NCBI GenBank assembly: GCA_001817915.1
Contig: MHJJ01000014.1
Coordinates: 3,695 to 67,694 of the forward strand
From: Candidatus Harrisonbacteria bacterium RIFCSPLOWO2_01_FULL_44_18
Lineage (GTDB): Bacteria > Patescibacteriota > Minisyncoccia > UBA6257 > WO2-44-18
Length of the DNA: 64,000 nucleotides
Direction: 5' to 3'
The notes beneath the pieces are model-generated. The model ran no database searches. It saw nothing but the letters and a program-made list of their open reading frames with translations, and was not told the origin of the DNA. Every line of letters begins with the position of its first letter. Position 1 is the stretch's first letter. This document shows, one piece after another, positions 17,401-24,737 of the stretch. The position numbers and the translations under genes are program-made.

Positions 17401-19206
17401 ATGTGCGGAATTGCCGGTTATATAGGCAAAAAAGAGGGGTTGCCGATTGTATTCGGGACTTTGCGGAAATTAGAGTACAGGGGCTACGACTCGGCAGGCG
17501 TAGCTTATTTTGTTAAAAGACGAAAGTCTGGGGTCAAGGGCGTGAAGGTTGTAAAGACTGTTGGGAAATTAGATAATTTAGAGCAAGCTATTTTTGATAA
17601 AAAGTCTTCATTGGCCGCGGCCGCTATCGGACATACGAGATGGGCTACCCATGGGCCTCCCAATGAAATTAACGCTCATCCCCACTGGGACTGCAAAAAA
17701 GAAATTTTTCTCGTTCATAACGGCATCATTGAAAATTATAAAGAATTAAAAGAAGAATTATTAAAAGCGGGGCATCATTTCCGTTCACAAACCGATACTG
17801 AAGTGGCAGTTCATTTGATTGAAGAATATGGTTTTGAGAAAGCTCTTAAGAAAATAGTTGGAGCTTATGCGTTTGCCATAATTTATAGAAAAGAACCAAA
17901 CAAGATTTATTTTGCTCGCCTGGGAAGTCCATTGGTAGTGGGAGTGGGACAGGAAGAGTATTATTTAGCTTCAGATCCAACGGCATTAGCTGGCTTAGTA
18001 AAGCGAGTTATCTATTTAAAGGATGGGCAAAGAGGGGTTTTGAGTCTCGGCGGATTTAAAATCGGTCCGACTAGACCAAAAGTCGAGCCGCTCGATATTG
18101 ATCCGGAACAGGCCAGAAAAGGCGACTTTCCGCATTTTATGCTCAAGGAAATTTTCGAGGGTCCGGAGGTGGTTAGATCGGCTTTGCGCGGCAGGCTTTT
18201 CCCCGAAAGGAATTTAGTGAAACTCGGCGGCCTAGAAAGCGCGGCGGATAAATTAAAAAAGATTAGACGGTTGGAAATTATTTCATGCGGCACCTCTTAT
18301 TATTCGGGCCTAGCCGGCGAACTGCTGTTTGAAGAGCTGTCTGAATTGCCGGCTGAAATACACCTTGCTTCCGAGTATCGATATCGGAAAGATCCAACCC
18401 AAAAGAGAGCCGCCTGTGTATTTATTTCGCAATCCGGCGAAACCGCCGACACTTTAGCGGCCCTAAAAAAAGCCGGCAGTCGCGGATATTTAACATTGGG
18501 GGTAGTAAATGCCGTCGGCTCAAGCATTGCTCGCGCTACCGAGGCCGGCGTGTACAATCATGCCGGACCGGAAATCGGGGTTGCTTCCACCAAAGCTTTT
18601 TTATCGCAACTCAGCGTTTTGGCGCTTATGTCTTTGTTTTTGTCAAAAAATAAGAAAAGCAAAACGGCTAAAGAAGTAATGAGAGAACTTTCCGCGATTC
18701 CCGGTAAAATTAAATTAATTTTGGCGCAAAGCGATAAAATAAAAGAGCTGGCTAAAAAATATTTAAAATATAAAAACTTTCTATACTTGGGAAGAGGATA
18801 TAATTACCCGACAGCGTTGGAAGGCGCGTTGAAAATAAAAGAAATCGCTTATGTTCATGCCGAAGGATACGCCGGCGGCGAAATGAAACACGGCCCCATC
18901 GCGCTGGTAGATAAAAATTTCCCAATCGTTGCCATCGTCACTCAAAATGGCGTTTATGAAAAAATGATTTCTAACCTGGAAGAAATCAAAGCTCGCGGCG
19001 GCCCCATTTTGGCGATCGCCACCGTCGGGGATAAAAACATCGGCAAGCTGGCTGACGATGTTTTTTATGTTCCAAAAACCGTTAGGCAACTTGAGCCGAT
19101 GTTGAATGTCGTGCCGCTGCAGCTTTTCGCTTATTACTTTGGCGCGCTGAAAGGTTATGATGTAGATAAGCCAAGAAATTTAGCAAAAAGTGTTACAGTA
19201 GAATAA
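17401..19206 (+). CDS. glmS: glutamine--fructose-6-phosphate aminotransferase
   Basis: 601 aa. Begins MCGIAGYIG (N-terminal Cys nucleophile), has two SIS domains, and ends KSVTVE. Confidence 0.93.
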   Translation: MCGIAGYIGKKEGLPIVFGTLRKLEYRGYDSAGVAYFVKRRKSGVKGVKVVKTVGKLDNLEQAIFDKKSSLAAAAIGHTRWATHGPPNEINAHPHWDCKKEIFLVHNGIIENYKELKEELLKAGHHFRSQTDTEVAVHLIEEYGFEKALKKIVGAYAFAIIYRKEPNKIYFARLGSPLVVGVGQEEYYLASDPTALAGLVKRVIYLKDGQRGVLSLGGFKIGPTRPKVEPLDIDPEQARKGDFPHFMLKEIFEGPEVVRSALRGRLFPERNLVKLGGLESAADKLKKIRRLEIISCGTSYYSGLAGELLFEELSELPAEIHLASEYRYRKDPTQKRAACVFISQSGETADTLAALKKAGSRGYLTLGVVNAVGSSIARATEAGVYNHAGPEIGVASTKAFLSQLSVLALMSLFLSKNKKSKTAKEVMRELSAIPGKIKLILAQSDKIKELAKKYLKYKNFLYLGRGYNYPTALEGALKIKEIAYVHAEGYAGGEMKHGPIALVDKNFPIVAIVTQNGVYEKMISNLEEIKARGGPILAIATVGDKNIGKLADDVFYVPKTVRQLEPMLNVVPLQLFAYYFGALKGYDVDKPRNLAKSVTVE

Positions 19207-19212
19207 AGGGCT

Positions 19213-19433
19213 TTGTCTGAAATTTCGAGCCGCAAGCGATGAAATTTCAGGAACAAAACCTTTACCCCCTCACTCATTCTAGTAAAGATATGGCAATAGC
19301 GCCCAATCAGAGACGTAAGTCGGCTTCGCCTCTACTGATTCTGAAATACCGCAATCGTTGCTGGAATGAGTGAGGGGGTGCTCGATTTTGTGGCTAAATT
19401 TTCATCGCCACAAACGGGCTCGAAAATTTAGAC
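19213..19433. repeat. compound nested palindrome N2
   Basis: Outer arms tgtctgaaatttcgagcc / ggctcgaaaatttagaca. Perfect 15-bp inner arms ccccctcactcattc / gaatgagtgaggggg. Confidence 0.85.
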
Positions 19434-19442
19434 AAAATCGGC

Positions 19443-20303
19443 ATGCATAAATTCATCGGTCTAATTTTATTAGTTGTCATAATTGGCTTTGTTTTTTTCG
19501 CGTACAATAAATTGCCGCAGTATTTTGGACGGGATTCTGATAAGAGCGATACGCAAAAGCCGCCGGCTTTTCAGTCAAAGATTAAGCCGGCGCCGGTAAT
19601 TGTCCGTCAGGAAAAAAGCGCCATCTCTGCCGTCGGAACCGTTGTTTCTAATTTAGAAAAAGTGAAAATTTCAGGAATCAGGCCGGCTAGCAGCGGGAGG
19701 AATTACAGCGAAATATCGCTTTCGGCTAATCTTCAAGAAGGAGAAAAAATTAATATTACCGGCTGGCAGATTAAAAGCAATAAAGCATATTTTTTTGTTC
19801 CCAGGGGAGCGGAAATTTATGAACCCGGCGGCTTGTCCGCCCCGAGTGATATTTATTTGCGCCGCGGCGATAAAGCGCGATTATATTCCAACACTAGCCG
19901 AGTGGGTCTCAATTTCAAGTTGAATAAGTGTATTGGTTATTTGGAAACCGCGGGATCGTTTACGCCGTCGCTTCCAAAAAATTGTCCGCGCGCCAATCGT
20001 TCAGAGATTGTCGGTTTTTCCGGCGCTTGCCAGGATTATAGTTTAAGTTTGCGGACTTGCGCGCCGGCTAACGATAATCCGCCGGTTCCTTATAACGATC
20101 AGCCGTGCAGAGATTTCTTAAAAACATTTACTTATCTGGGATGCTTTGAACGATATCAAGATGACGCGGATTTTCTTTCTCGGGAATGGTGGATTTGGCT
20201 GGGCGATTCTTTCGGCAATCAAGCGGATATTTTAGATCCTCGCCACGATCAAGTGCGGCTTTATGATGATAAAGGAAATTTGGTAGACGAGTATACTTAT
20301 TAA
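19443..20303 (+). CDS. hypothetical membrane-anchored protein (possible lamin-tail-like domain)
   Basis: 286 aa with an N-terminal TM segment. The segment EISLSANLQEGEKINITGWQIKS loosely resembles LTD domains; this domain call is weak. Confidence 0.55.
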   Translation: MHKFIGLILLVVIIGFVFFAYNKLPQYFGRDSDKSDTQKPPAFQSKIKPAPVIVRQEKSAISAVGTVVSNLEKVKISGIRPASSGRNYSEISLSANLQEGEKINITGWQIKSNKAYFFVPRGAEIYEPGGLSAPSDIYLRRGDKARLYSNTSRVGLNFKLNKCIGYLETAGSFTPSLPKNCPRANRSEIVGFSGACQDYSLSLRTCAPANDNPPVPYNDQPCRDFLKTFTYLGCFERYQDDADFLSREWWIWLGDSFGNQADILDPRHDQVRLYDDKGNLVDEYTY

Positions 20304-20339
20304 TTTAGTGACATGTTTCATGTGACATGTGCCAGGGTT

Positions 20340-21392
20340 CTATTTTCTCTCGCTTAATATCGCTTTCGCTTCGAATTCTTTGCCTTGTCTCAAGACTTTT
20401 AGTTTTAATACATCGCCGACTTCAAGATTTTCCAGGAAATCCTGAATCGTCTTTTGAGTAGAGATTTTTTCGCCGTTGCATTCCAGAACAATATCTTTTT
20501 CTTTTATGCCTGATTTATCCGCCGGACTATTGTGGATAATGGCGGATGAATGAGGGCCGTGGCTGATAACCAAAGCGCCATAGCCAACCGGCAGATTTAA
20601 TTTTTCCTTAAGATCTTCATCAATGGTAATATAGCGAAGACCAAGAAGCGGCCGGCGGATTCGCCCATGTTCCTTTAGGTCATGAAGGTCTCTTTTTACG
20701 GTATTGATCGGAATAGCAAAGCCGAGATTTTGAGCGCCGAAGACGATAGCCGCGTTGATGCCGATTGCTTCGCCGTCCAGATTAACTAACGGACCGCCGG
20801 AATTCCCCGGATTGATGGCCGCGTCGGTTTGGATCAAGCCGCGCAATTCCTGAAGCGGCTGTTTTGGGCCGATTGCCGCTTGGATTGATCGGGAGAGTCC
20901 GGAAATGATGCCGGCTGAAACTGTATTTTTAAAAAGACCAAGGGCGTTGCCGATAGCCAAAACGGTTTCGCCTAACTCCACCTTCGAAGAATCGCCTAAT
21001 TTAACTATTGGAAGTTTATTGGCCGGCGGATTGATTTTGATGATTGCTACGTCATCGATTGGGTCGCGCGCCAGAATTTGCGCCTTATATTTTTTGTCGT
21101 CATTGGTGATTACGGCATACTCCGCCTCGCCGTCCGAGATGACATGTTTGTTAGTAACAATAATTCCATTGGCATCAACAATAAATCCCGAGCCGCCGCC
21201 GATTTTGACCATCCCGCGCGCGTCAATCATTTCCTCGGGAATTTGAAGATGAGGATCGCCGGAAGGAAATAGCGGCAACAATTCCGGAGGTATTTCTTTT
21301 TCTATCGCCTCAAGACTTTTTGAAATTACAATCGAAACTACCGACGGCATCACTTTTTTAATTGTTTTAGTAAGAGGGGATTTTTCAGCCAT
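20340..21392 (-). CDS. htrA: HtrA/DegP-family serine protease with PDZ domain
   Basis: 350 aa. TNKHV (His), DDVAIIK (Asp) and GNSGGPLVN (Ser) form the catalytic triad. A C-terminal PDZ-like region is present. Confidence 0.88.
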   Translation of the reverse strand: MAEKSPLTKTIKKVMPSVVSIVISKSLEAIEKEIPPELLPLFPSGDPHLQIPEEMIDARGMVKIGGGSGFIVDANGIIVTNKHVISDGEAEYAVITNDDKKYKAQILARDPIDDVAIIKINPPANKLPIVKLGDSSKVELGETVLAIGNALGLFKNTVSAGIISGLSRSIQAAIGPKQPLQELRGLIQTDAAINPGNSGGPLVNLDGEAIGINAAIVFGAQNLGFAIPINTVKRDLHDLKEHGRIRRPLLGLRYITIDEDLKEKLNLPVGYGALVISHGPHSSAIIHNSPADKSGIKEKDIVLECNGEKISTQKTIQDFLENLEVGDVLKLKVLRQGKEFEAKAILSERK

Positions 21393-21424
21393 GTAATAAA
21401 TTATACCATTTCTATATAAAAATT

Positions 21425-21667
21425 TGGACCTAGCCAGAATCCCCTGCCTGCCGGCAGGCAGGGAACTGGCGTTTCCTCATTGTCCCGACAGCAAAGGTGG
21501 ACCCAAGGAGATTCGAACTCCTGACCTCCACATTGCAAATGTGGCGCTCTAGCCAACTGAGCTATGGGCCCACCTTTACTGTCGTGGATCCTCGACTTCA
21601 TTTTATTATATTTTTTAAAAAAGTGCGTCGGGACAAATGAGGTGTTCTGCCACTGAACTATAGGCCC
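21425..21667 (-). pseudogene. interrupted Ala-type tRNA gene (host of the nested tRNA-Ala; also has a T-loop palindrome)
   Basis: Minus strand reads GGGCCTA-TA-GTTC-AGTGGCA-GAAC-A-CCTCA-TTTG, then a 151-nt insert, then CAA-TGAGG-AAAC-GCCAG-TTC, then a 21-22-nt palindrome, then GATT-CTGGC-TAGGTCC-A. G3:U70 is present. Confidence 0.6.
21498..21571 (-). tRNA. tRNA-Ala(UGC)
   Basis: GGGCCCA-TA-GCTC-AGTTGGCTA-GAGC-G-CCACA-TTTGCAA-TGTGG-AGGTC-AGGAG-TTCGAAT-CTCCT-TGGGTCC-A, with G3:U70. Confidence 0.9.
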
Positions 21668-21735
21668 GCCCACTTGATTTATATTATTCGATTGTTTGGA
21701 TTTTCGCCAGACTTTGTTTGCCAATAAAATCTAAC

Positions 21736-21766
21736 GGTTCAACGCGTTGAACCATTAGAGTTTTTT
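21736..21766. terminator. palindromic hairpin ggttcaacgcgttgaacc with a T-run (possible bidirectional terminator)
   Basis: Perfect 18-bp palindrome, followed by tttttt on the plus strand. Confidence 0.4.
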
Positions 21767-21890
21767 GATTCCTCAACATAATATTTATATTTCTAAACTA
21801 GTTATGCGCGGCATAAAGGAACCGGCGTCAAATACTTCGGGCTTCGGCGAGGCGAAGCTTGCTTACGCTAAAGCTTTGACGAAGCGAATG

Positions 21891-21977
21891 CGGAGACGGG
21901 AGGATTCGAACCTCCGATGCCCTTTCGGGCATACCGCATTTCGAGTGCGGCCCATTCAACCACTCTGGCACGTCTCC
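21891..21977 (-). tRNA. tRNA-Ser(CGA)
   Basis: GGAGACG...CCGCA-CTCGAAA-TGCGG, long variable arm TATGCCCGAAAGGGCATC, GGAGG-TTCGAAT-CCTCC-CGTCTCC-G. Confidence 0.9.
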
Positions 21978-21979
21978 AA

Positions 21980-22159
21980 TGCCCTCGGGAAGAATCGAAC
22001 CTCCATCCGCGCGTTAGGAGTGCGCTGTTCCCCGCCTGCCATCGCTTGTGCCCCCAGAAAGAATCGAACTCTCATCTTTCCCTTAGGACGGGATTGCTCG
22101 GTCCATTGAGCTATGGGGGCTCAGGCCATGGCGGGCAGTATCCATTGAACTACGAGGGC
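21980..22159 (-). pseudogene. interrupted tRNA-Arg(CCU)-like gene (host of the nested tRNA-Arg)
   Basis: GCCCTCG-TA-GTTC-AATGGATA, then a 108-nt insert (22031-22138), then GAAC-A-GCGCA-CTCCTAA-CGCGC-GGAT-GGAGG-TTCGATT-CTTCC-CGAGGGC-A. Confidence 0.6.
22049..22120 (-). tRNA. tRNA-Arg(CCU)
   Basis: GCCCCCA-TA-GCTC-AATGGACC-GAGC-A-ATCCC-GTCCTAA-GGGAA-AGAT-GAGAG-TTCGATT-CTTTC-TGGGGGC-A. Confidence 0.85.
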
Positions 22160-22167
22160 ACGCAATT

Positions 22168-22196
22168 ATTATATTCGATCTTCGGCAACTTGACAA
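22168..22196 (-). promoter_or_regulatory. sigma70-like promoter TTGTCA-17-TATAAT driving the minus-strand tRNA cluster
   Basis: Minus strand reads TTGTCAagttgccgaagatcgaaTATAAT and ends 8 nt before the first tRNA nucleotide (22159). Its -35 overlaps the plus-strand -35. Confidence 0.6.
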
Positions 22197-22217
22197 ATTA
22201 TGTAGACCTGCTATAAT
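22190..22217 (+). promoter_or_regulatory. sigma70-like promoter TTGACA-16-TATAAT for the 3D-domain gene
   Basis: cTTGACAaattatgtagacctgcTATAAT. Confidence 0.65.
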
Positions 22218-22258
22218 TTGGTTAAAGTGCGATAGTTCCCCGAAGGGGGATTTTTTTT

Positions 22259-22720
22259 ATGAATAAGAACATAGGCATCATATTCATTTTCGCCTTGACT
22301 CTGCCGACAACTTTCGCGGGGCAGCTTTATATTGTCGCCCCAGTCTTTGGTGAAGAAACTAACATTTTGGACATTCTTAGCAATCAAATAGCCGTTAGTT
22401 CTCTTTCGGGCGACATGCCGTTTTTTAATAATTCGGCGAGGATGAACGTTGTTGTCACCGGTTATTCTTCCACTCATGATCAAACAGACAGCACCCCGTT
22501 TATTACTGCTTCAGGGAAGCGGGTGCGGGACGGAATTATCGCCGCTAATTTTTTGAAGTTTGGCGCTCGGATTCAGATTCCGGAAATCTTCGGCGACAAG
22601 ATTTTTGTTGTTGAAGATCGGATGGCTCGCCGGTTTTCTGATCGGGTTGATATTTGGTTTCCGGACAGGGCGACGGCTTTAAAATTCGGGAAAAAAGAAG
22701 TGGAGATTGTTATACTCTAA
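22259..22720 (+). CDS. 3D domain-containing protein (RlpA/MltA-like DPBB fold), secreted
   Basis: 153 aa with a signal-like N-terminus. VVVTGYSSTHDQTDSTPFITASGKRVRDGIIAAN and VEDRMARRFSDRVDIWF are typical of 3D domains. Confidence 0.75.
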   Translation: MNKNIGIIFIFALTLPTTFAGQLYIVAPVFGEETNILDILSNQIAVSSLSGDMPFFNNSARMNVVVTGYSSTHDQTDSTPFITASGKRVRDGIIAANFLKFGARIQIPEIFGDKIFVVEDRMARRFSDRVDIWFPDRATALKFGKKEVEIVIL

Positions 22721-22735
22721 ATCAGAACCCATTAA

Positions 22736-22759
22736 AAATTCCTCCTAGGGGAGGAATTT
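22736..22759. terminator. bidirectional hairpin between convergent genes
   Basis: aaattcctcc tagg ggaggaattt. Confidence 0.6.
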
Positions 22760-22772
22760 AGAAATGGAGGAA

Positions 22773-23402
22773 TTAGAAATGGAAGGCGGCACCGGTTAAC
22801 AAGAAGAATAAGCCATTTATGGCAAAAGAAATAATCGGACTTAAAAACGGCAAAAGGATTATGACAATCAGCAGGCCGAACATGCCAAGACGGTCAAAGT
22901 TTTGTTGCTGGTGAGGCGAAAGGTTTAAAATTGTCCCCAATAGCTTGGATCCGTCCAAAGGGGGAATGGGTATCAAATTAAACAGGCCGAGGATTAAATT
23001 AATAAAGACCATTAAAGCTAGCAGGGATGTTGCAAGTTCGCCGACGGAAAATAAGAGTAAAAGTCGTAAAATCAATCCGAAGACAATTGCCAAAAGGAAA
23101 TTAGTAGCCACTCCGGCAAATGATACCCAGAACATTCCTTTGCGATAACTGAAAAATCTGCTCGGGTCTATTGGCACCGGTTTTGCTCCGCCGAGAATAA
23201 AAGGCGAGCCCATCAGTATTAGCGCGGCAGGAAGCAAAAGCGACATTAAAGGGTCAATGTGAGGAATCGGATTAAGCGTAAGCCGCCCGGCCAACTTTGC
23301 GGTAGGATCGCCAAATTTCAGCGCCATCCAGCCGTGAGCTATTTCATGTAGAATTGCCGAAAATATGAGGATTGCCAAGACCGTAATCCACCAGACCAGC
23401 AT
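22773..23402 (-). CDS. site-2 protease family (M50) membrane metalloprotease
   Basis: HEIAHGWMA (HExxH) sits in the first TM region; the protein is polytopic. Start moved to MLVWWITV behind AGGAGG; the longer ORF runs into palindrome N3. Confidence 0.8.
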   Translation of the reverse strand: MLVWWITVLAILIFSAILHEIAHGWMALKFGDPTAKLAGRLTLNPIPHIDPLMSLLLPAALILMGSPFILGGAKPVPIDPSRFFSYRKGMFWVSFAGVATNFLLAIVFGLILRLLLLFSVGELATSLLALMVFINLILGLFNLIPIPPLDGSKLLGTILNLSPHQQQNFDRLGMFGLLIVIILLPFLSPIISFAINGLFFLLTGAAFHF

Positions 23403-23404
23403 GA

Positions 23405-23631
23405 GCCACCTCCTTTCATATAAATCTCTGTCTGACTTCCGATGTCCCCAATATTGATAATTTTCCGAAGGGCAATCGGCTGGAAGCCGATCGGACATCG
23501 GAAGTCTCAATATTAGGACATCCGATATCCGTCCCGATGTTCATCGGGATCGCCTGCGGCGAGAATATAATATTTGGGATATCGGATGTCTGCCAGCAGC
23601 GCGACCGAGAGCTTATATGAAAGGAGGTGGC
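23405..23631. repeat. compound nested palindrome N3
   Basis: Perfect 18-bp outer arms gccacctcctttcatata / tatatgaaaggaggtggc. Inner pairs are gacttccgatgtcc/ggacatcggaagtc, catccgatatcc/ggatatcggatg and cccgatg/catcggg. Confidence 0.9.
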
Positions 23632-23761
23632 CGCGCCTCCTCAATTTTCAATGAACCGCAATGTAAGTTAAATTATTGTATAGAATGGTTTCGATGTCAA
23701 AATCAGATAGGTTGTCGCGATTATTGCATATCAGACTTGGATTTATTAAATTATATATTAC

Positions 23762-23835
23762 GGGCCTATAGTGAAGCGGTATCACGGATCCATGGCATGG
23801 ATCAAGTCGGGGTTCGACTCCCCGTAGGTCCACCA
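23762..23835 (+). tRNA. tRNA-Ala(GGC), CCA encoded
   Basis: GGGCCTA-TA-GTGA-AGCGGTA-TCAC-G-GATCC-ATGGCAT-GGATC-AAGT-CGGGG-TTCGACT-CCCCG-TAGGTCC-ACCA, with G3:U70. Confidence 0.9.
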
Positions 23836-23981
23836 GACAGGAAATTGCAAGCGAGGCGACTGCCCCTGTTTTAGGCAGGCACATTTGGCGGGTTTTTATA
23901 TACTAGAGAAACGGGCGCGTTGACTACGCGTCACGGCTTCATATATTATATTTCTGTACGTTGAAAGGGGGTAAGCCGGCT

Positions 23982-24464
23982 ATGATCAAAGTCGCGCTTT
24001 TTAATGAAATTTCCCATGAATTAGGCAATACTCTTCTTGTGGATGTCACAAGCAGGATCGTTGAAAGGATTAATAATCTTTTGAGGCAGTTGTCAGTCAA
24101 CGCTCCATATTGGACTATCGGATGTTTCGCGGAGTTTTTGCGGCAGTCCAATAATCATTTAGTTGTTGCTATTGATGGCAAAATTATTGCTGGTATGGGA
24201 ACGGTTATTTTGAGCTATTCTTTAATGGGCCGTCACGCGAGGATCGAGGATGTGATTGTAGATAAACCATATCTCGGTAAGGGTTTGGGTCGAAAAATTG
24301 TCGAGGAATTAATCAGAATCGCCAACAAGGAAGGAGCAAGATGGATTGATTTAACCAGCAATTCTTCGCGAGTCGGGGCACTGAAGCTTTATAGAAGCTT
24401 GGGATTTAAGGATGTGGCGACAAATTGTTTGCGGCTGGCTTTGGGAGAGCAGGATTCGAGCTAG
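23982..24464 (+). CDS. GNAT family N-acetyltransferase
   Basis: The segment IEDVIVDKPYLGKGLGRKIVEELI is the acetyl-CoA binding motif (Q/RxxGxG/A). Start chosen at MIKVALF. The last codons lie in an arm of N4. Confidence 0.8.
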   Translation: MIKVALFNEISHELGNTLLVDVTSRIVERINNLLRQLSVNAPYWTIGCFAEFLRQSNNHLVVAIDGKIIAGMGTVILSYSLMGRHARIEDVIVDKPYLGKGLGRKIVEELIRIANKEGARWIDLTSNSSRVGALKLYRSLGFKDVATNCLRLALGEQDSS

Positions 24465-24713
24465 CATCAATTTAGTGAGCCAATTCCCGCCCATCTTCTT
24501 TGTTACTCGTCGCTTATGTGCCTATTGGCACACTACGCTCCTCGCGCCTTGAATCTGGACAGGAATTGGCTCACCCGAAGGGAAGAGAGAATTTGAGCCA
24601 AGTTCGAGGAACGACGAGGAGGTTGTGCTGGTAAGCACATCGACGAGGAGTGACAAAGAAATTGGCTCAAATTCTCTCTTCTAAATTTGACGCCAGTTCG
24701 AATCCTGCTCTCC
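24444..24713. repeat. compound nested palindrome N4
   Basis: Outer arms ggagagcaggattcgagctagcatcaatttag / ctaaatttgacgccagttcgaatcctgctctcc. Inner arms tgagccaattcc/ggaattggctca and aagagagaatttgagccaa/ttggctcaaattctctctt. Shares about 60 nt with 48682-48751. Confidence 0.9.
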
Positions 24714-24737
24714 TAGAGAAATAACCGCGGTTTCAAA

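Noticed and set aside
21401-22216. ORFs 21401-21724 (-), 21765-22109 (+) and 21917-22216 (+).
   Set aside because: They are built entirely from tRNA genes or their antisense strands and have no RBS. They are artefacts of GC-rich structured RNA sequence.
23617-23884. ORFs 23617-23874 (+) and 23648-23884 (-).
   Set aside because: They span tRNA-Ala(GGC) and an arm of palindrome N3. The attractive RBS is just the mirror copy of the protease RBS.
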